Of a stretch of 64,000 nucleotides of DNA, positions 1 through 9,778 are shown in pieces; the stretch's first letter is position 1; each line of letters starts with the position of its first letter. The stretch is taken from positions 10,126 through 74,125 of the forward strand of contig CAYFMS010000001.1 of NCBI GenBank assembly GCA_964344415.1, read 5' to 3'. The DNA comes from an uncultured Gammaproteobacteria bacterium (lineage in GTDB: Bacteria; Patescibacteriota; Patescibacteriia; UBA9934). The notes under the pieces are model-generated. The model made no database searches. It was not told the DNA's origin and saw nothing but the letters and a program-made list of their open reading frames with translations. Both the position numbers and the translations under genes were made by a program.

Positions 1-119
1 AAAGCAAGGCGTGCTATTTTGCCGCCGATGCCAAGGTCCGTTAGCCTTGTTTCAATTTGTGCAAGTTCACGCTGGAATTTCTGATCCTGCACGAACTCGT
101 CATATACATAAAAATACAT
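1..119 (-). CDS. Partial CDS (N-terminal 39 aa, MYFYVYDEFVQDQKFQRELAQIETRLTDLGIGGKIARLA...), runs off the window; unknown function
   Basis: Minus-strand reading frame with an ATG at 119..117, reading into the window edge; SD-like AAGGAGG ~19 nt upstream; lies directly downstream of the bactofilin gene. Too short for the ORF track. Confidence 0.25.
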   Translation of the reverse strand, partial: MYFYVYDEFVQDQKFQRELAQIETRLTDLGIGGKIARLA

Positions 120-161
120 GTTTTGCGGTCATAAAATTTACCGCCTCCTTGAACGAAGACT

Positions 162-587
162 CTATTCCTCGTCCATTTCAGGGTGATCCTCAACTTCTTC
201 CACCGCTTCTTCTTCAGTGAAATCCTGTACCTGTTCCACCTGCTCTGTTGTCTCGCCCATCGCTACCGAACCATTGATTTTTGATCCAGAAGCCATTGCA
301 AGTGTTTCCACAACAATATCACCAACAATATTTGCCGATGCTGCAAGCTCCATTTGATGATTCACGTGTAGATTCCCTCGAATTTCTCCACCGATAAGTG
401 CATTATCAGCTGAAACATTCGCACGGATCTTTGCTTGCTCGCCCACGCGCAAATTGCCGCCTGCATGCACATTTCCATGAACCTCCCCTTCAATATTTAT
501 ATCCCCCTCACTAACAATATCCCCCTCAACTCGCACGCCAAGTGCGATGACAGTCGTCTCTGTGTTTTTAGCCATAGATTCATTCAT
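162..587 (-). CDS. Bactofilin-like cytoskeletal protein (DUF583/CcmA-like), acidic C-terminal tail
   Basis: 141 aa; repetitive beta-helix-like pattern (GDIxxEGDINIEGEVHGNVHAGGNLRVGEQAKIRANV...) typical of bactofilins. Confidence 0.6.
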   Translation of the reverse strand: MNESMAKNTETTVIALGVRVEGDIVSEGDINIEGEVHGNVHAGGNLRVGEQAKIRANVSADNALIGGEIRGNLHVNHQMELAASANIVGDIVVETLAMASGSKINGSVAMGETTEQVEQVQDFTEEEAVEEVEDHPEMDEE

Positions 588-660
588 TATGAAGCCATCT
601 TATCCACACTACACAGAAGCTGCAAGTAATGTGGGGATAGAAAAAGAGCCTTGCCGGCCC

Positions 661-2682
661 TTATCTATTTGCTCCATGAATGTCGAGCTCTCGAATTTTC
701 TCTTCTTCCTTATACAGTTCGAGCACATCACCCACTTCAATTTTTGTTTTTCCGATGAGTTCAATTCCACATTCTGCACCTTGCTGAACTTCTTTTACAT
801 CTTGCTTTCCGCTCTGCAAACGCTTCACAAGCATTTCGCCAATCACTTCCTCACCTCGCATAATACGAGCCGTCGCATCGACTTCTGCAACTCCTTTATT
901 GATGCGTCCCCCAATAACCATTCCTTTATCCGTCTTTTGGAATGTCGCAAGAACTTCCAAACTTCCGAGCTCTGTATAGATTTTCTCACTTGGAATCAAA
1001 GCCTTCAGCTTCTCAACAACATCTTCAAATAGCTTATAAATAACAGTGTATTCACCAATCTCTACCTTTTTATCTCTTGCGAGCTGACTTGCTGTTTTTG
1101 TTGGTTTCACATTGAATGCTGCAATATATGCATTTGTTGCTTCGGCTTGAAGAATTTCTGCATCCGTTACATTTCCAAGCCCTTTCTTCACAATTTTCAC
1201 CTGAACATAGGGATTATCGATTTTCTCAATCATTCCGATAATCGCTTCGAGTGATCCTAGTACATCAGATTTAATAATGACATTGAGTTCTGCTCGATCT
1301 TCTTCGTCATCGTCTTCACGCTGAACCTTTTTTGTATTCGCAATCGTGATTTCACTTGCACCAGATTTCTTATTCGGTTGGGATTTCATTTTTTCAAGAT
1401 CTTTCGGATTCTCTGGTACTTCCAAAATATCTCCCACAGAAGGCGCATCTTTCAATCCCAAAATACGTACCGGCATTGATGGCGGTGCTTCGGTCACTGT
1501 CTGAGCATCCCAAGTTTGCATGGCTCGGACACGTCCAAAATTCACACCTCGCACACCAAGCACATCGGAATTTTTGAGTGTTCCAGATTGCACCAGCACA
1601 GTTGCAACCGGCCCTTTACCCTTGTCGATATGAGACTCAATAATTGTTCCAAGTGCATTCCCTTCCGGATTTGCGACGATATTTTCAGATTCCACTTCTG
1701 CAACAAGAAGCAAACTTTCGAGTAATTGATCAATATTCGTACCTTTCTTTGCTGAAACAGGTACACAAATAGTCTTACCGCCATAGTCTTCAGGAACCAT
1801 GTCGAATTCCATAATTTCACCCTTGATTCGATCTACATTTGCTGTTTCTTTGTCGATTTTATTAATCGCAACAATATATGGCATTCCTGATGCCTTGATG
1901 ATGTCGATTGCTTCTCGTGTTTGCGGCTGAATTCCGTCATCAGCAGCAATAACAAGAATGGCAATATCTGCCACCTTTGCTCCACGAGAACGCATCACCG
2001 TGAATGCTTCATGTCCAGGCGTGTCGATGAAGGTAATTTTCTGACCATCATGTTCTACTTGATACGCACCAATATGCTGCGTAATTCCACCCGCCTCGCC
2101 TGAAACAACATTTTCATTACGAATGGTGTCGAGAAGTAATGTCTTTCCATGGTCAACATGACCCATAACGACAACAACCGGAGGTCGCCCCTGCATATTT
2201 TCGTCACTTGAGAGCACTTCTGCTAATCGATCTGTTTGAGATTCATCCGCTTTCTTTGCTTCATCTTCGGCCTTTGCAATGAAACCAAGATCTTCCGCAA
2301 CAATAGCAGCTGTATCAAAATCAATATTTTCGTTCAAAGATGCCAGAATCCCTGCACGCATCAATTCCTGCATAACTTTCGCGATCGGCAAATTCAACTT
2401 TTCTGAGAATTCACGAACCGTCATGATCGCTGGAAGTGCAACTGCTTCCGCTTCACCAGATTCAACCGCTTTCTTCCGCTCGAGACGCGCTTTTTGCTCA
2501 GCACGCTTCTTTTCAAGGTATTGACGCTTCTTAAATTCACGCCATGCCCCCATAATACGACCGACATCTCGATCCGGTACCTTCAATGCCTTTTGACCAA
2601 TATCAAAACCGAGCTCTGGTAATCGAGCTCTTAATTCTTCCGCCGGAACACGAAGACGTCGCGCTAAATCTGTAATATTCAT
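661..2682 (-). CDS. infB: Translation initiation factor IF-2
   Basis: 673 aa; G-domain [27 protein letters not shown] motifs; IF-2 N-terminal and C-terminal beta-barrel regions. Confidence 0.95.
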   Translation of the reverse strand: MNITDLARRLRVPAEELRARLPELGFDIGQKALKVPDRDVGRIMGAWREFKKRQYLEKKRAEQKARLERKKAVESGEAEAVALPAIMTVREFSEKLNLPIAKVMQELMRAGILASLNENIDFDTAAIVAEDLGFIAKAEDEAKKADESQTDRLAEVLSSDENMQGRPPVVVVMGHVDHGKTLLLDTIRNENVVSGEAGGITQHIGAYQVEHDGQKITFIDTPGHEAFTVMRSRGAKVADIAILVIAADDGIQPQTREAIDIIKASGMPYIVAINKIDKETANVDRIKGEIMEFDMVPEDYGGKTICVPVSAKKGTNIDQLLESLLLVAEVESENIVANPEGNALGTIIESHIDKGKGPVATVLVQSGTLKNSDVLGVRGVNFGRVRAMQTWDAQTVTEAPPSMPVRILGLKDAPSVGDILEVPENPKDLEKMKSQPNKKSGASEITIANTKKVQREDDDEEDRAELNVIIKSDVLGSLEAIIGMIEKIDNPYVQVKIVKKGLGNVTDAEILQAEATNAYIAAFNVKPTKTASQLARDKKVEIGEYTVIYKLFEDVVEKLKALIPSEKIYTELGSLEVLATFQKTDKGMVIGGRINKGVAEVDATARIMRGEEVIGEMLVKRLQSGKQDVKEVQQGAECGIELIGKTKIEVGDVLELYKEEEKIRELDIHGANR

Positions 2683-2748
2683 GACCGGAGTATAGCCGCT
2701 TTAGCCCTTTCCGTCAATAAATAAAGCCTGTTTTTTGGCCTTCACAAG

Positions 2749-3216
2749 CTATATTCCGATATCAACTTCCATTTCGAGCACTTCAGCGATATCTGGCGAG
2801 CAAGCGCCCGCAACAAGCATATCGCCACGCAATTCAAGATAGTAACCCGTTTGATGCTCGGAAAATGCCCCATAAGGATCAATCGGCGCCCAGTCACCAA
2901 GCTGCAAACAAACATCGCGCATATCCGAATCCATACAATGCTCACCATAAGAATCTGGACATAGATTCTCCATTCCTATCATACTTCGACCCGCCGCAGA
3001 CTGAGCCAGAATTGCCGCATAGGCTTCTTCGTCTGTTTCCTTTAAAAATAAAACTTCTTCTAAAATATTGCGTAAATCCTCCTGACGCTCTTGATCTCGA
3101 TACTCATGCAATTTTTGATTTGGCTGCTGAGCTAATGCTATGGCAATGGATGCAAAAATTAGAACTGTAAATACAGCAAGAATCTCAGCAATACTATGTC
3201 CATGGTTTTTCAGCAT
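2749..3216 (-). CDS. Type IV pilin-like / pseudopilin protein (class III prepilin signal)
   Basis: N-terminus MLKNHG|HSIAEILAVFTVLIFASIAIALA: Gly cleavage site, Glu at +5, then a hydrophobic helix, which is the prepilin peptidase substrate signature. Confidence 0.6.
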   Translation of the reverse strand: MLKNHGHSIAEILAVFTVLIFASIAIALAQQPNQKLHEYRDQERQEDLRNILEEVLFLKETDEEAYAAILAQSAAGRSMIGMENLCPDSYGEHCMDSDMRDVCLQLGDWAPIDPYGAFSEHQTGYYLELRGDMLVAGACSPDIAEVLEMEVDIGI

Positions 3217-3582
3217 ATTTTAGTTACGGATAGATGAGAAAAGTTAGAAAAGCAAGTAAAGTTAGTAAAATCGAAGAAAGAGACAAAAGAGATTTATGAG
3301 ATTGGAGAGATTCTAGTCGCAATTTGAACAGATCCTTCGACAGGCTCAGGATTTCAAATAATGTTACCCTCTTCCTGTCATTTCGACTAAGGCCGAAGGC
3401 CGCATGGAGAAATCTACTTAATGCGTAGAAGTTAAGAGGGAGAGTAAAGTTAGTAAGGTCGGAGAAAGAGACAAAAGAGATTTAGGAGATTTATTAGCTT
3501 GTAGGTTAGACTACACCCTACACCCTACTCCCTAAAACCTATACCCTAACGCAGTATACCAATTTTCTGCTAAGATACGGGC
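3217..3582. repeat. Mosaic intergenic repeat cluster A
   Basis: Two ~48 bp direct repeats at 3256..3306 and 3444..3491 (gtaaagttagtaa..tcg.agaaagagacaaaagagattta.gagatt). It shares module M3 (gagattggagagattctagtcgcaa) with 26955..26995 and module M4 (agatccttcgacaggctcaggatttc) with 8272..8300 and 26993..27020. A poly-pyrimidine ccctacaccctactccctaaaaccctataccc tract sits at 3505..3560. Confidence 0.7.
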
Positions 3583-4302
3583 ATGAATGAACAGCAATCA
3601 TCAGGATTTCTCCTTATCGATAAACCAGCCGGAATGACATCACATGATGTTGTTGATCGACTTCGACGCATTACCGGAATACGAAAAATTGGCCATGCTG
3701 GCACACTCGACCCTTTTGCGACGGGGCTTCTTATTCTTGCCATCGGACGATCGGCCACAAAGCGTATTCAAGAATTTGTGAAGCTTGATAAAGTCTATGA
3801 AGCAACATTTGTAATTGGCGCTACGACGGAAACGCTCGATACGGAATCTGAAATTGAAATAGATGAGCATTTTAAAGCTCCCTCGCAAGAACAGGTCGAG
3901 CAAACAGTAAAGACATTCATTGGGAAGCAAAAGCAGATTCCTCCAAAATATTCCGCTATCAAGAAAAATGGAAAAAAGATGTATGAACTCGCTCGAGCCG
4001 GTAAAGAAATCGAAATTGAACCAAGAGATATAGAAATTTTTGATTTTCAGCTTATTGGTGAAATGCACAAAACAGATATCGGCCTTAAAATTCCTGTCAG
4101 TATTCATGTGTCTTCTGGCACCTATATTCGAAGTGTTGCATTCGATCTTGGAAATAAGCTCGGCACGACAGGATATGTGAATCGCTTGCGACGCATTAGC
4201 ATCGGCGACCATCATGTGAAAGATGCGTATCAACTTGATAAGCTGTCTTCAGAGAATTGGATTGATTTTGTTCTTGATGATCCAAACTTACAACATAGCT
4301 GA
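3583..4302 (+). CDS. truB: tRNA pseudouridine(55) synthase
   Basis: 239 aa; GHAGTLDPFATGLLILAIG catalytic Asp motif of the TruB family. Confidence 0.9.
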   Translation: MNEQQSSGFLLIDKPAGMTSHDVVDRLRRITGIRKIGHAGTLDPFATGLLILAIGRSATKRIQEFVKLDKVYEATFVIGATTETLDTESEIEIDEHFKAPSQEQVEQTVKTFIGKQKQIPPKYSAIKKNGKKMYELARAGKEIEIEPRDIEIFDFQLIGEMHKTDIGLKIPVSIHVSSGTYIRSVAFDLGNKLGTTGYVNRLRRISIGDHHVKDAYQLDKLSSENWIDFVLDDPNLQHS

Positions 4303-4341
4303 ACTTATGGTAGTTTTACATGTCGTGACACGGAGGGAGTA

Positions 4342-4686
4342 ATGACAAAAACAGTTCCTTTGCTTGACTGGCTAATGATGCTAAAGCGTCAATTGGGCCC
4401 ACATCTTCGACAGGAAATTCTGGAGACAATCGGAATTTCCATTACTACTGGATACAACCCGGACGGGTCGATGCATTTCACTCTCAACGCGGAAGGTGTC
4501 AAGCAGCTTCGTGAGGCCTCGGAAGTATTCGGAATTGAGGCCCCTTTGACTGGCATCAATCAAGCACTCAAGCTCTACTACGTACTCTCAGATCTCGTCA
4601 AGGAGCATGGGGACGACCTGTACGTCCGCATAGGCCGCTGGGGAGAGTTGAAGAAGCTGGTACTCACACGCCGCAAAACAAAATAA
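4342..4686 (+). CDS. Hypothetical protein, compositionally atypical (GC ~52%)
   Basis: 114 aa ORF with a strong SD (GGAGGG, 6 nt spacer), followed by a rho-independent terminator; no recognisable motif. Confidence 0.5.
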   Translation: MTKTVPLLDWLMMLKRQLGPHLRQEILETIGISITTGYNPDGSMHFTLNAEGVKQLREASEVFGIEAPLTGINQALKLYYVLSDLVKEHGDDLYVRIGRWGELKKLVLTRRKTK

Positions 4687-4693
4687 TCACCGT

Positions 4694-4717
4694 ATCGGCC
4701 ATCGGCCGATTTTTTTA
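4694..4717 (+). terminator. Rho-independent terminator
   Basis: atcggcc-atc-ggccgat hairpin followed by T7. Confidence 0.7.
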
Positions 4718-4846
4718 TTGACGCGCTCATGCAGGGCTGATACCGTGTTTATATAAGTTGTAAACGGCTGGATTTGTGCGAACCTTGGCGGATCGGTTGA
4801 TATGAAAATGACTTTAATTTTGTTCGCGCGAACAGCACTTTAGTAT

Positions 4847-6370
4847 ATGAATAGTATTATATTTGGCCTGCTTGGCCTTGTTCTCGGAGGAATTGCCGGT
4901 TTTTTTATTCGAAAAGCTTTTGCAGCAAAACGTACAGCGGAGGCTGAGCAACGAGCAGAAAAACTTCTGAGTGATGCTCGGGCGGAAGAAAAGAACATGA
5001 TCCTTGAAGCAAAGGAACAGGCGCTTAAAATATCGGAAGAAGCTCGAAAAGAAGAAGAACAAATTCGATCTGAAATCAAACAAGCACAGCAGCGCATTGA
5101 AGAAAGAGAGCAGCGATTTGAAGATCGACTTCTCTCGCTTGAAGAAGACAGAAAAACAGTTGAGCATGATAAAAAGGAGCTCGAGGATCGCATGCAAGAA
5201 GTGCGCGCCATTCGAGAAGAATCTGTTTCAAAATTACAGGAAGTAGCTGGACTATCCAAAGAACAGGCGCTCGATCATTTATTGAAAGAAATCGAGCAGG
5301 ATAAGCAGGAAGTACTTATTGGACAACTTCGAAAACTAGATCAAATGAATGAGGAAGAAATTGAAGCAAAGGCTCGCAAAATTCTATCTCTTGCTATTCA
5401 ACGATTTGCATCAAGTCATGTCGTTGACGCAACAACCACACTTGTCGAGCTCCCATCCGATGACATGAAAGGGCGCATTATCGGAAAAGAAGGCCGCAAT
5501 ATTAAAGCGCTCGAACACTTAACAGGATGTGAAGTTATTATTGATGACACGCCAGGAATTGCCACCATCAGTGGCTTCTCCCCTGTTCGAAGGCAAATTG
5601 CAAAACATGCACTCGAGAAATTGATGAAAGATGGCCGCATTCAGCCGGCGCGCATCGAGGAGGCAGTGAATGAAGCAAAAAGAGACCTTGCCAAAGAAAT
5701 GAAAAAAGCTGGTGAAGATGCTCTATTTGAACTTGGCATTCCCGTTCCATCCATTGATCCAAAACTTGTTTCTATTCTTGGAAGACTAAAATTCAGAACA
5801 AGTTATGGTCAGAATGTTTTACAGCACTCCATCGAGGTAGCACGTATTTCTGGAATGATTGCTGAGGAATTAGGAGCTGATGTGTTTAATTGTAAAAAAG
5901 GAGGATTATTCCACGATATCGGAAAAGCGGTTGATCATGACATGCAAGGTGCTCATCCTGAGATTGGATACAATATCATGAAGAAATTTGGATTCCCTGA
6001 AGAGCTTTGCTATCAGTCCATTGCACATCATGAAGATAAACCGCGCACAATTGAGGGAGTGATTGTAAAGGCTGCTGATGCCATTTCTGGAGCGCGCCCA
6101 GGAGCAAGACGCAATAGCGTTGAGGAATACTTGCAACGATTACAAGCACTTGAAGATACGGCTACTGAATTTGCCGGAGTTGAGAAAGCATATGCCATTC
6201 AGGCGGGCCGCGAAGTTCGCGTATTCGTCACACCGCAGGAAGTTGATGATTATGGCGCATATAAACTCGCAAATCAGATTGCAAAGAAGATTGAAAATGA
6301 CTTAACCTATCCGGGCGAAGTCAAGGTGACGATTATACGCGAAACTCGCATCAGTGAGGTTGCAAGATAG
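4847..6370 (+). CDS. rny: Ribonuclease Y
   Basis: 507 aa; N-terminal TM helix, coiled-coil region, KH domain, HD domain (FHDIGKA...HHED). Confidence 0.9.
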   Translation: MNSIIFGLLGLVLGGIAGFFIRKAFAAKRTAEAEQRAEKLLSDARAEEKNMILEAKEQALKISEEARKEEEQIRSEIKQAQQRIEEREQRFEDRLLSLEEDRKTVEHDKKELEDRMQEVRAIREESVSKLQEVAGLSKEQALDHLLKEIEQDKQEVLIGQLRKLDQMNEEEIEAKARKILSLAIQRFASSHVVDATTTLVELPSDDMKGRIIGKEGRNIKALEHLTGCEVIIDDTPGIATISGFSPVRRQIAKHALEKLMKDGRIQPARIEEAVNEAKRDLAKEMKKAGEDALFELGIPVPSIDPKLVSILGRLKFRTSYGQNVLQHSIEVARISGMIAEELGADVFNCKKGGLFHDIGKAVDHDMQGAHPEIGYNIMKKFGFPEELCYQSIAHHEDKPRTIEGVIVKAADAISGARPGARRNSVEEYLQRLQALEDTATEFAGVEKAYAIQAGREVRVFVTPQEVDDYGAYKLANQIAKKIENDLTYPGEVKVTIIRETRISEVAR

Positions 6371-6396
6371 AATAAATACCGCTAAGATAAGCATAT

Positions 6397-6801
6397 ATGA
6401 ATAAAGCAGCACTTGCCCTGAAAATGGCTGAGCGCATGGATATTCCGCGCAAACAGGCCGAAGAGTTTGTCGAGCTCTTTCAGGAAATTATTACCGATAC
6501 GCTTGCAAAGGATGGTTCGGTGACCATCGCCGGCTTTGGAACATTCTCATCGCGCATACGAAGTGCGCGCAAAGGTGTAAATCCACGAAAGCCAAATGAG
6601 ATTATCGACGTTCCAGCCGTAAAAGTTCCTAAATTCAAAGCTGGAAAGGCACTCAAGGATGCATTAAAGGCGAGTATGGGTGGCGCAGTGAAACAAGAAG
6701 AGGAAGAACGAGAGCTTGCTGCACCAGAAGTTCCAGAGCTGTCTACAGACGCTCAACCGGAAGAAGAGTTTAAAGCAGCCGACGGACCAGTACTTGAATA
6801 A
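6397..6801 (+). CDS. hup: HU/IHF family DNA-binding protein with extended acidic/Lys-rich C-terminal tail
   Basis: 134 aa; MNKAALALKMAE...VTIAGFGTFSSRIRSARKGVNPRKPNE matches the HU fold signature. Confidence 0.85.
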   Translation: MNKAALALKMAERMDIPRKQAEEFVELFQEIITDTLAKDGSVTIAGFGTFSSRIRSARKGVNPRKPNEIIDVPAVKVPKFKAGKALKDALKASMGGAVKQEEEERELAAPEVPELSTDAQPEEEFKAADGPVLE

Positions 6802-6810
6802 TCATTTTAA

Positions 6811-6839
6811 AACAACCGCCTGCAGGCGGTTGTTTTTTG
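6811..6839. terminator. Bidirectional rho-independent terminator (hup / proS convergent)
   Basis: aacaaccgcc-tgca-ggcggttgtt hairpin flanked by A-run and T-run. Confidence 0.75.
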
Positions 6840-8120
6840 TTATTCTTTATTCCAATTCTCTATTTCTTGTTTTATATTTTCTAGTTTAACAAGACGCATT
6901 TCTTTTTCCGATCGCTCTTTCCATTCCGCCGAATCCTCAGTAAGCGTTTTTTCAGAAATGACAATGCGCAGTGGAATTCCAAGCAGATCCGACTCGCCGA
7001 ATCGAGCTCCGGGAGAGATACCATTTCTATCATCCCATAGCACCTCAATTCCTGACTGAATCAAATTTGTATACAGTTCCTCGCTTGTATTTTCAATGCG
7101 AGCCTGAATTGTTTCATCTTTTGATTCAAGTGAGACCAAATGCACCGCAAAAGGAGCCACAGATTTTGGCCAGACAAGACCTCGCTCATCACTCAAGAGT
7201 TCAGCAATTGTTCCCATGAGCCTGCCTGGACCAATGCCGTAACTTCCCATGAAGACGAATTGAGGCTCTCCATTTTCATCAATGTATTTCAAATCAAGAG
7301 GCTCTGAAAATCGTGTTCCAAGCGTAAAAATATTTCCAACTTCAACCGCTTTCGTTTCGCGGAGTGTATCCCTAGAAAGTCCAAGCTGTTCCAGCACCTC
7401 ATCATGCATCACCTCTTCATTCACAGCGATACGCTTTTCTTCATCAATATAAATCGTGTCCTCGCCGGCATCCGTTTCCGTTTGGAATTCATGTGAATAT
7501 TTTGAAAATGCCCCGCCAGATGCAAATGTTACATAGGTTTTTTCTCCAATGCCACAGCGATCAAAGACATTTAAATATGCCTGCTTTGATTCTTCATAAA
7601 ATGCATCATGTTGATCTTTATTGAGTGAAAATGAATAAAGATCTTTCATGATAAATTCGCGCGAGCGCATAATTCCACTCTTTGCACGCAATTCATTTCG
7701 AAATTTGGTCTGAAATTGATACGCCGCCGCCGGTAAATCTCGATATGATCGGATGTGGTTTTTCATGAGATTCGTAATCGGCTCCTCATGTGTCCAACCA
7801 AGCCCGAGCTTTGTTCCATTTTTTAATTCCGTTCTAAACCAAACATCACTTGCTTCATCGCTCCATCTGTCCGTCGTCTGCCAGACATCCTGCCCTTGGA
7901 GTGCCGTTAAAAACAATTCTTGTCCGCCAATTGCATTCATTTCTTCACGAATGATTTGCATCACATTATTAAGGACGCGAAGCCCAAGCGGAAGATACGA
8001 ATAGACGCCAGCCATGTCTTTATGAACATAACCAGACCGAATAAGAAGCTGAGCATTCTTCGCTTGCTCGCCTGCTGGGATTTCTTTTGTTGCCCTTGTA
8101 AATAATTGTGACTGTTTCAT
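6840..8120 (-). CDS. proS: Prolyl-tRNA synthetase, short form lacking the bacterial INS editing domain
   Basis: 426 aa; class II aaRS motifs; N-terminus MKQSQLFTRATKEIPAGEQAKNAQLLIRSGY matches the ProRS consensus. Confidence 0.85.
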   Translation of the reverse strand: MKQSQLFTRATKEIPAGEQAKNAQLLIRSGYVHKDMAGVYSYLPLGLRVLNNVMQIIREEMNAIGGQELFLTALQGQDVWQTTDRWSDEASDVWFRTELKNGTKLGLGWTHEEPITNLMKNHIRSYRDLPAAAYQFQTKFRNELRAKSGIMRSREFIMKDLYSFSLNKDQHDAFYEESKQAYLNVFDRCGIGEKTYVTFASGGAFSKYSHEFQTETDAGEDTIYIDEEKRIAVNEEVMHDEVLEQLGLSRDTLRETKAVEVGNIFTLGTRFSEPLDLKYIDENGEPQFVFMGSYGIGPGRLMGTIAELLSDERGLVWPKSVAPFAVHLVSLESKDETIQARIENTSEELYTNLIQSGIEVLWDDRNGISPGARFGESDLLGIPLRIVISEKTLTEDSAEWKERSEKEMRLVKLENIKQEIENWNKE

Positions 8121-8354
8121 GGCTGCAGTTTAGCAGAGATTTTCAATGGGGTGTAGGGGTGGAACGCCGTTACTAATTTACGGATGGTACAGATATACGG
8201 ATTTAGGTGCGAAGGAGATAAAAGAGATTTATGAGGTTGTAGGTTTTAGGTTGTAGCTTGTAGGCGTAGAAAGATCCTTCGACAGGCTCAGGATTTCGAA
8301 TGCGGTCGCGCAGTGAGCTTGGAAAGGTTGAACCTATTGCAGGCTCACAAGCGA
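8121..8354. repeat. Mosaic intergenic repeat cluster B
   Basis: Contains M2 (tacagatatacggatttaggtgcgaaggaga), M1 (gtaggttttaggttgtagcttgtagg), M4 (agatccttcgacaggctcaggatttcgaatgcggtcgcgcagtga) and a terminal hairpin cacaagcgac + T-run also seen at 13956..13972. Confidence 0.7.
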
Positions 8355-9521
8355 CTATTTTTTATGCAATAAGGCTGCAAACCATGTCGCAATCGGTACG
8401 GTAAGTACAAGTGCAGCCGTTCCCGCAAGCGTCCGGACAATTTCTTCCGCAATAAGCTCATCGTTCACAAAACGGATAATGCCCACCTCTTGCGTCATAA
8501 GAAAGAGTAAGAAAAGAGGCATTGCAACACCTGCATAGGCAAGTACCAGTGTATTCACTGTTGATGCAATATGATGCCGACCAATACGCATGGCACTTTT
8601 GAACAACTCCTTTTGATTCAATTTTTTATTTGCACCATGCAATTCCTCCACCGTTTCACTTTGTGTTATTGCAATGTCATCAAGTACACCGACAGCACCC
8701 AGAATGAATCCCGCTAGCAAAATTCCACTCGGAACTTGAACAAGATTAGACTGGAAATAGAGCAGTATCGCCTCTTCTGATGCAAAGCCCGATAAACGAC
8801 CGATAGAAACAAAGGCATGAGAAAAGATGACTGCAAGTACTAATCCGCAAAGTGTCGCCCCATATGAAACAAATGTACGCTTATTGAATCCATGCGATAA
8901 ATGCATATTAATAGCCAAAATCACAACCGATCCAATGACGGTCGCGAGCACCGGGTCCATCCCCTTTAATATTTGCGGAAAAATAAATCCAAATAATACA
9001 AGAATGGTAAGTCCAAGACCGATAAGTGCAGAAAGACCGCGTATCCGTCCTACAGCAATGATGAGTGCGGAAAATATAGCAAGTAACCACAATAATCCCC
9101 CCGTTCTCACAACGTCAACAAGAAATACTTGCACTATTTCACCATCTTGCAAGATGACTTGGAGATATACTTGATCTCCTTCTTCGATATCGTAACGAAG
9201 TCCTTCTAGAAAAGATTGTTGGGTGTCAACGGTATATTCCTGCCCATCAGCAACCGCGGTGAAAATGACATGTCGATTTCCGTCTATTTCAATCTCACTG
9301 ACAATTTCCGTAATCTCCGCCTTTACCTCGACTGTTTCAACGACTGGCAATTCCGAATCCTGCTGAGCAGAATCAATTGAGCGTTGCAAATCCTGAATCT
9401 CATTTTGTAATTCCTGCAATTCCTCTAAATCGCTCTCAAATAAAAAGTCGCTTTCTGTTTGAGCCAATGCCGGGGTGAAAATGACAAAGCTAAGAAGAAA
9501 TAATAAAAGTATCCATCTCAT
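8355..9521 (-). CDS. Multi-pass membrane protein with N-terminal signal peptide and extracytoplasmic domain (YibE/F-like)
   Basis: 388 aa; signal peptide MRWILLLFLLSFVIFTPALAQ, ~130 aa soluble domain, then ~8 TM helices; the YibE/F-like call rests on architecture alone. Confidence 0.4.
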   Translation of the reverse strand: MRWILLLFLLSFVIFTPALAQTESDFLFESDLEELQELQNEIQDLQRSIDSAQQDSELPVVETVEVKAEITEIVSEIEIDGNRHVIFTAVADGQEYTVDTQQSFLEGLRYDIEEGDQVYLQVILQDGEIVQVFLVDVVRTGGLLWLLAIFSALIIAVGRIRGLSALIGLGLTILVLFGFIFPQILKGMDPVLATVIGSVVILAINMHLSHGFNKRTFVSYGATLCGLVLAVIFSHAFVSIGRLSGFASEEAILLYFQSNLVQVPSGILLAGFILGAVGVLDDIAITQSETVEELHGANKKLNQKELFKSAMRIGRHHIASTVNTLVLAYAGVAMPLFLLFLMTQEVGIIRFVNDELIAEEIVRTLAGTAALVLTVPIATWFAALLHKK

Positions 9522-9522
9522 A

Positions 9523-9717
9523 TTACAGGCTGTTTCCTATAAAATGAATTGCGATAAGGAGTGCGCCAAATCCCATCATACCGAGGCCAAAATAGAATAA
9601 TGCTGCCGTATCGCCGTCATCGCGCACAAAGTTTGCGAATATAATGAATGAAAGCACAACCATTGTTACCGCCGGCAATGCCATAAAGATAATTCCAAGT
9701 ATTAAGACAAAACTCAT
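9523..9717 (-). CDS. Small two-TM membrane protein
   Basis: 64 aa, two hydrophobic helices, placed immediately upstream of 8355..9521 in the same orientation (operon-like). Confidence 0.4.
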   Translation of the reverse strand: MSFVLILGIIFMALPAVTMVVLSFIIFANFVRDDGDTAALFYFGLGMMGFGALLIAIHFIGNSL

Positions 9718-9737
9718 ATGAGGGCATTATAGCGCAT

Positions 9738-9766
9738 TGACAGATTGAGCGGAATCAGCTATAGTT
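9738..9766 (+). promoter_or_regulatory. Near-consensus sigma70-type promoter for the tRNA-Arg/tRNA-Lys pair
   Basis: TTGACA-17 nt-TATAGT, ending ~12 nt before tRNA-Arg. Confidence 0.6.
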
Positions 9767-9778
9767 CCGGCACAATTT

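Noticed and set aside
3217-3582. CRISPR array interpretation of the direct repeats in the intergenic clusters
   Set aside because: Only two copies, ~190 bp apart, with no regular repeat-spacer periodicity and no cas genes.
4840-5259. Minus-strand ORFs 4814..5197 and 4840..5259
   Set aside because: Antisense shadows of the Lys/Glu-rich coiled-coil region of rny.
8355-9521. Confident YibE/F family assignment
   Set aside because: It is based on architecture only (signal, ectodomain, ~8 TM helices); kept at low confidence.
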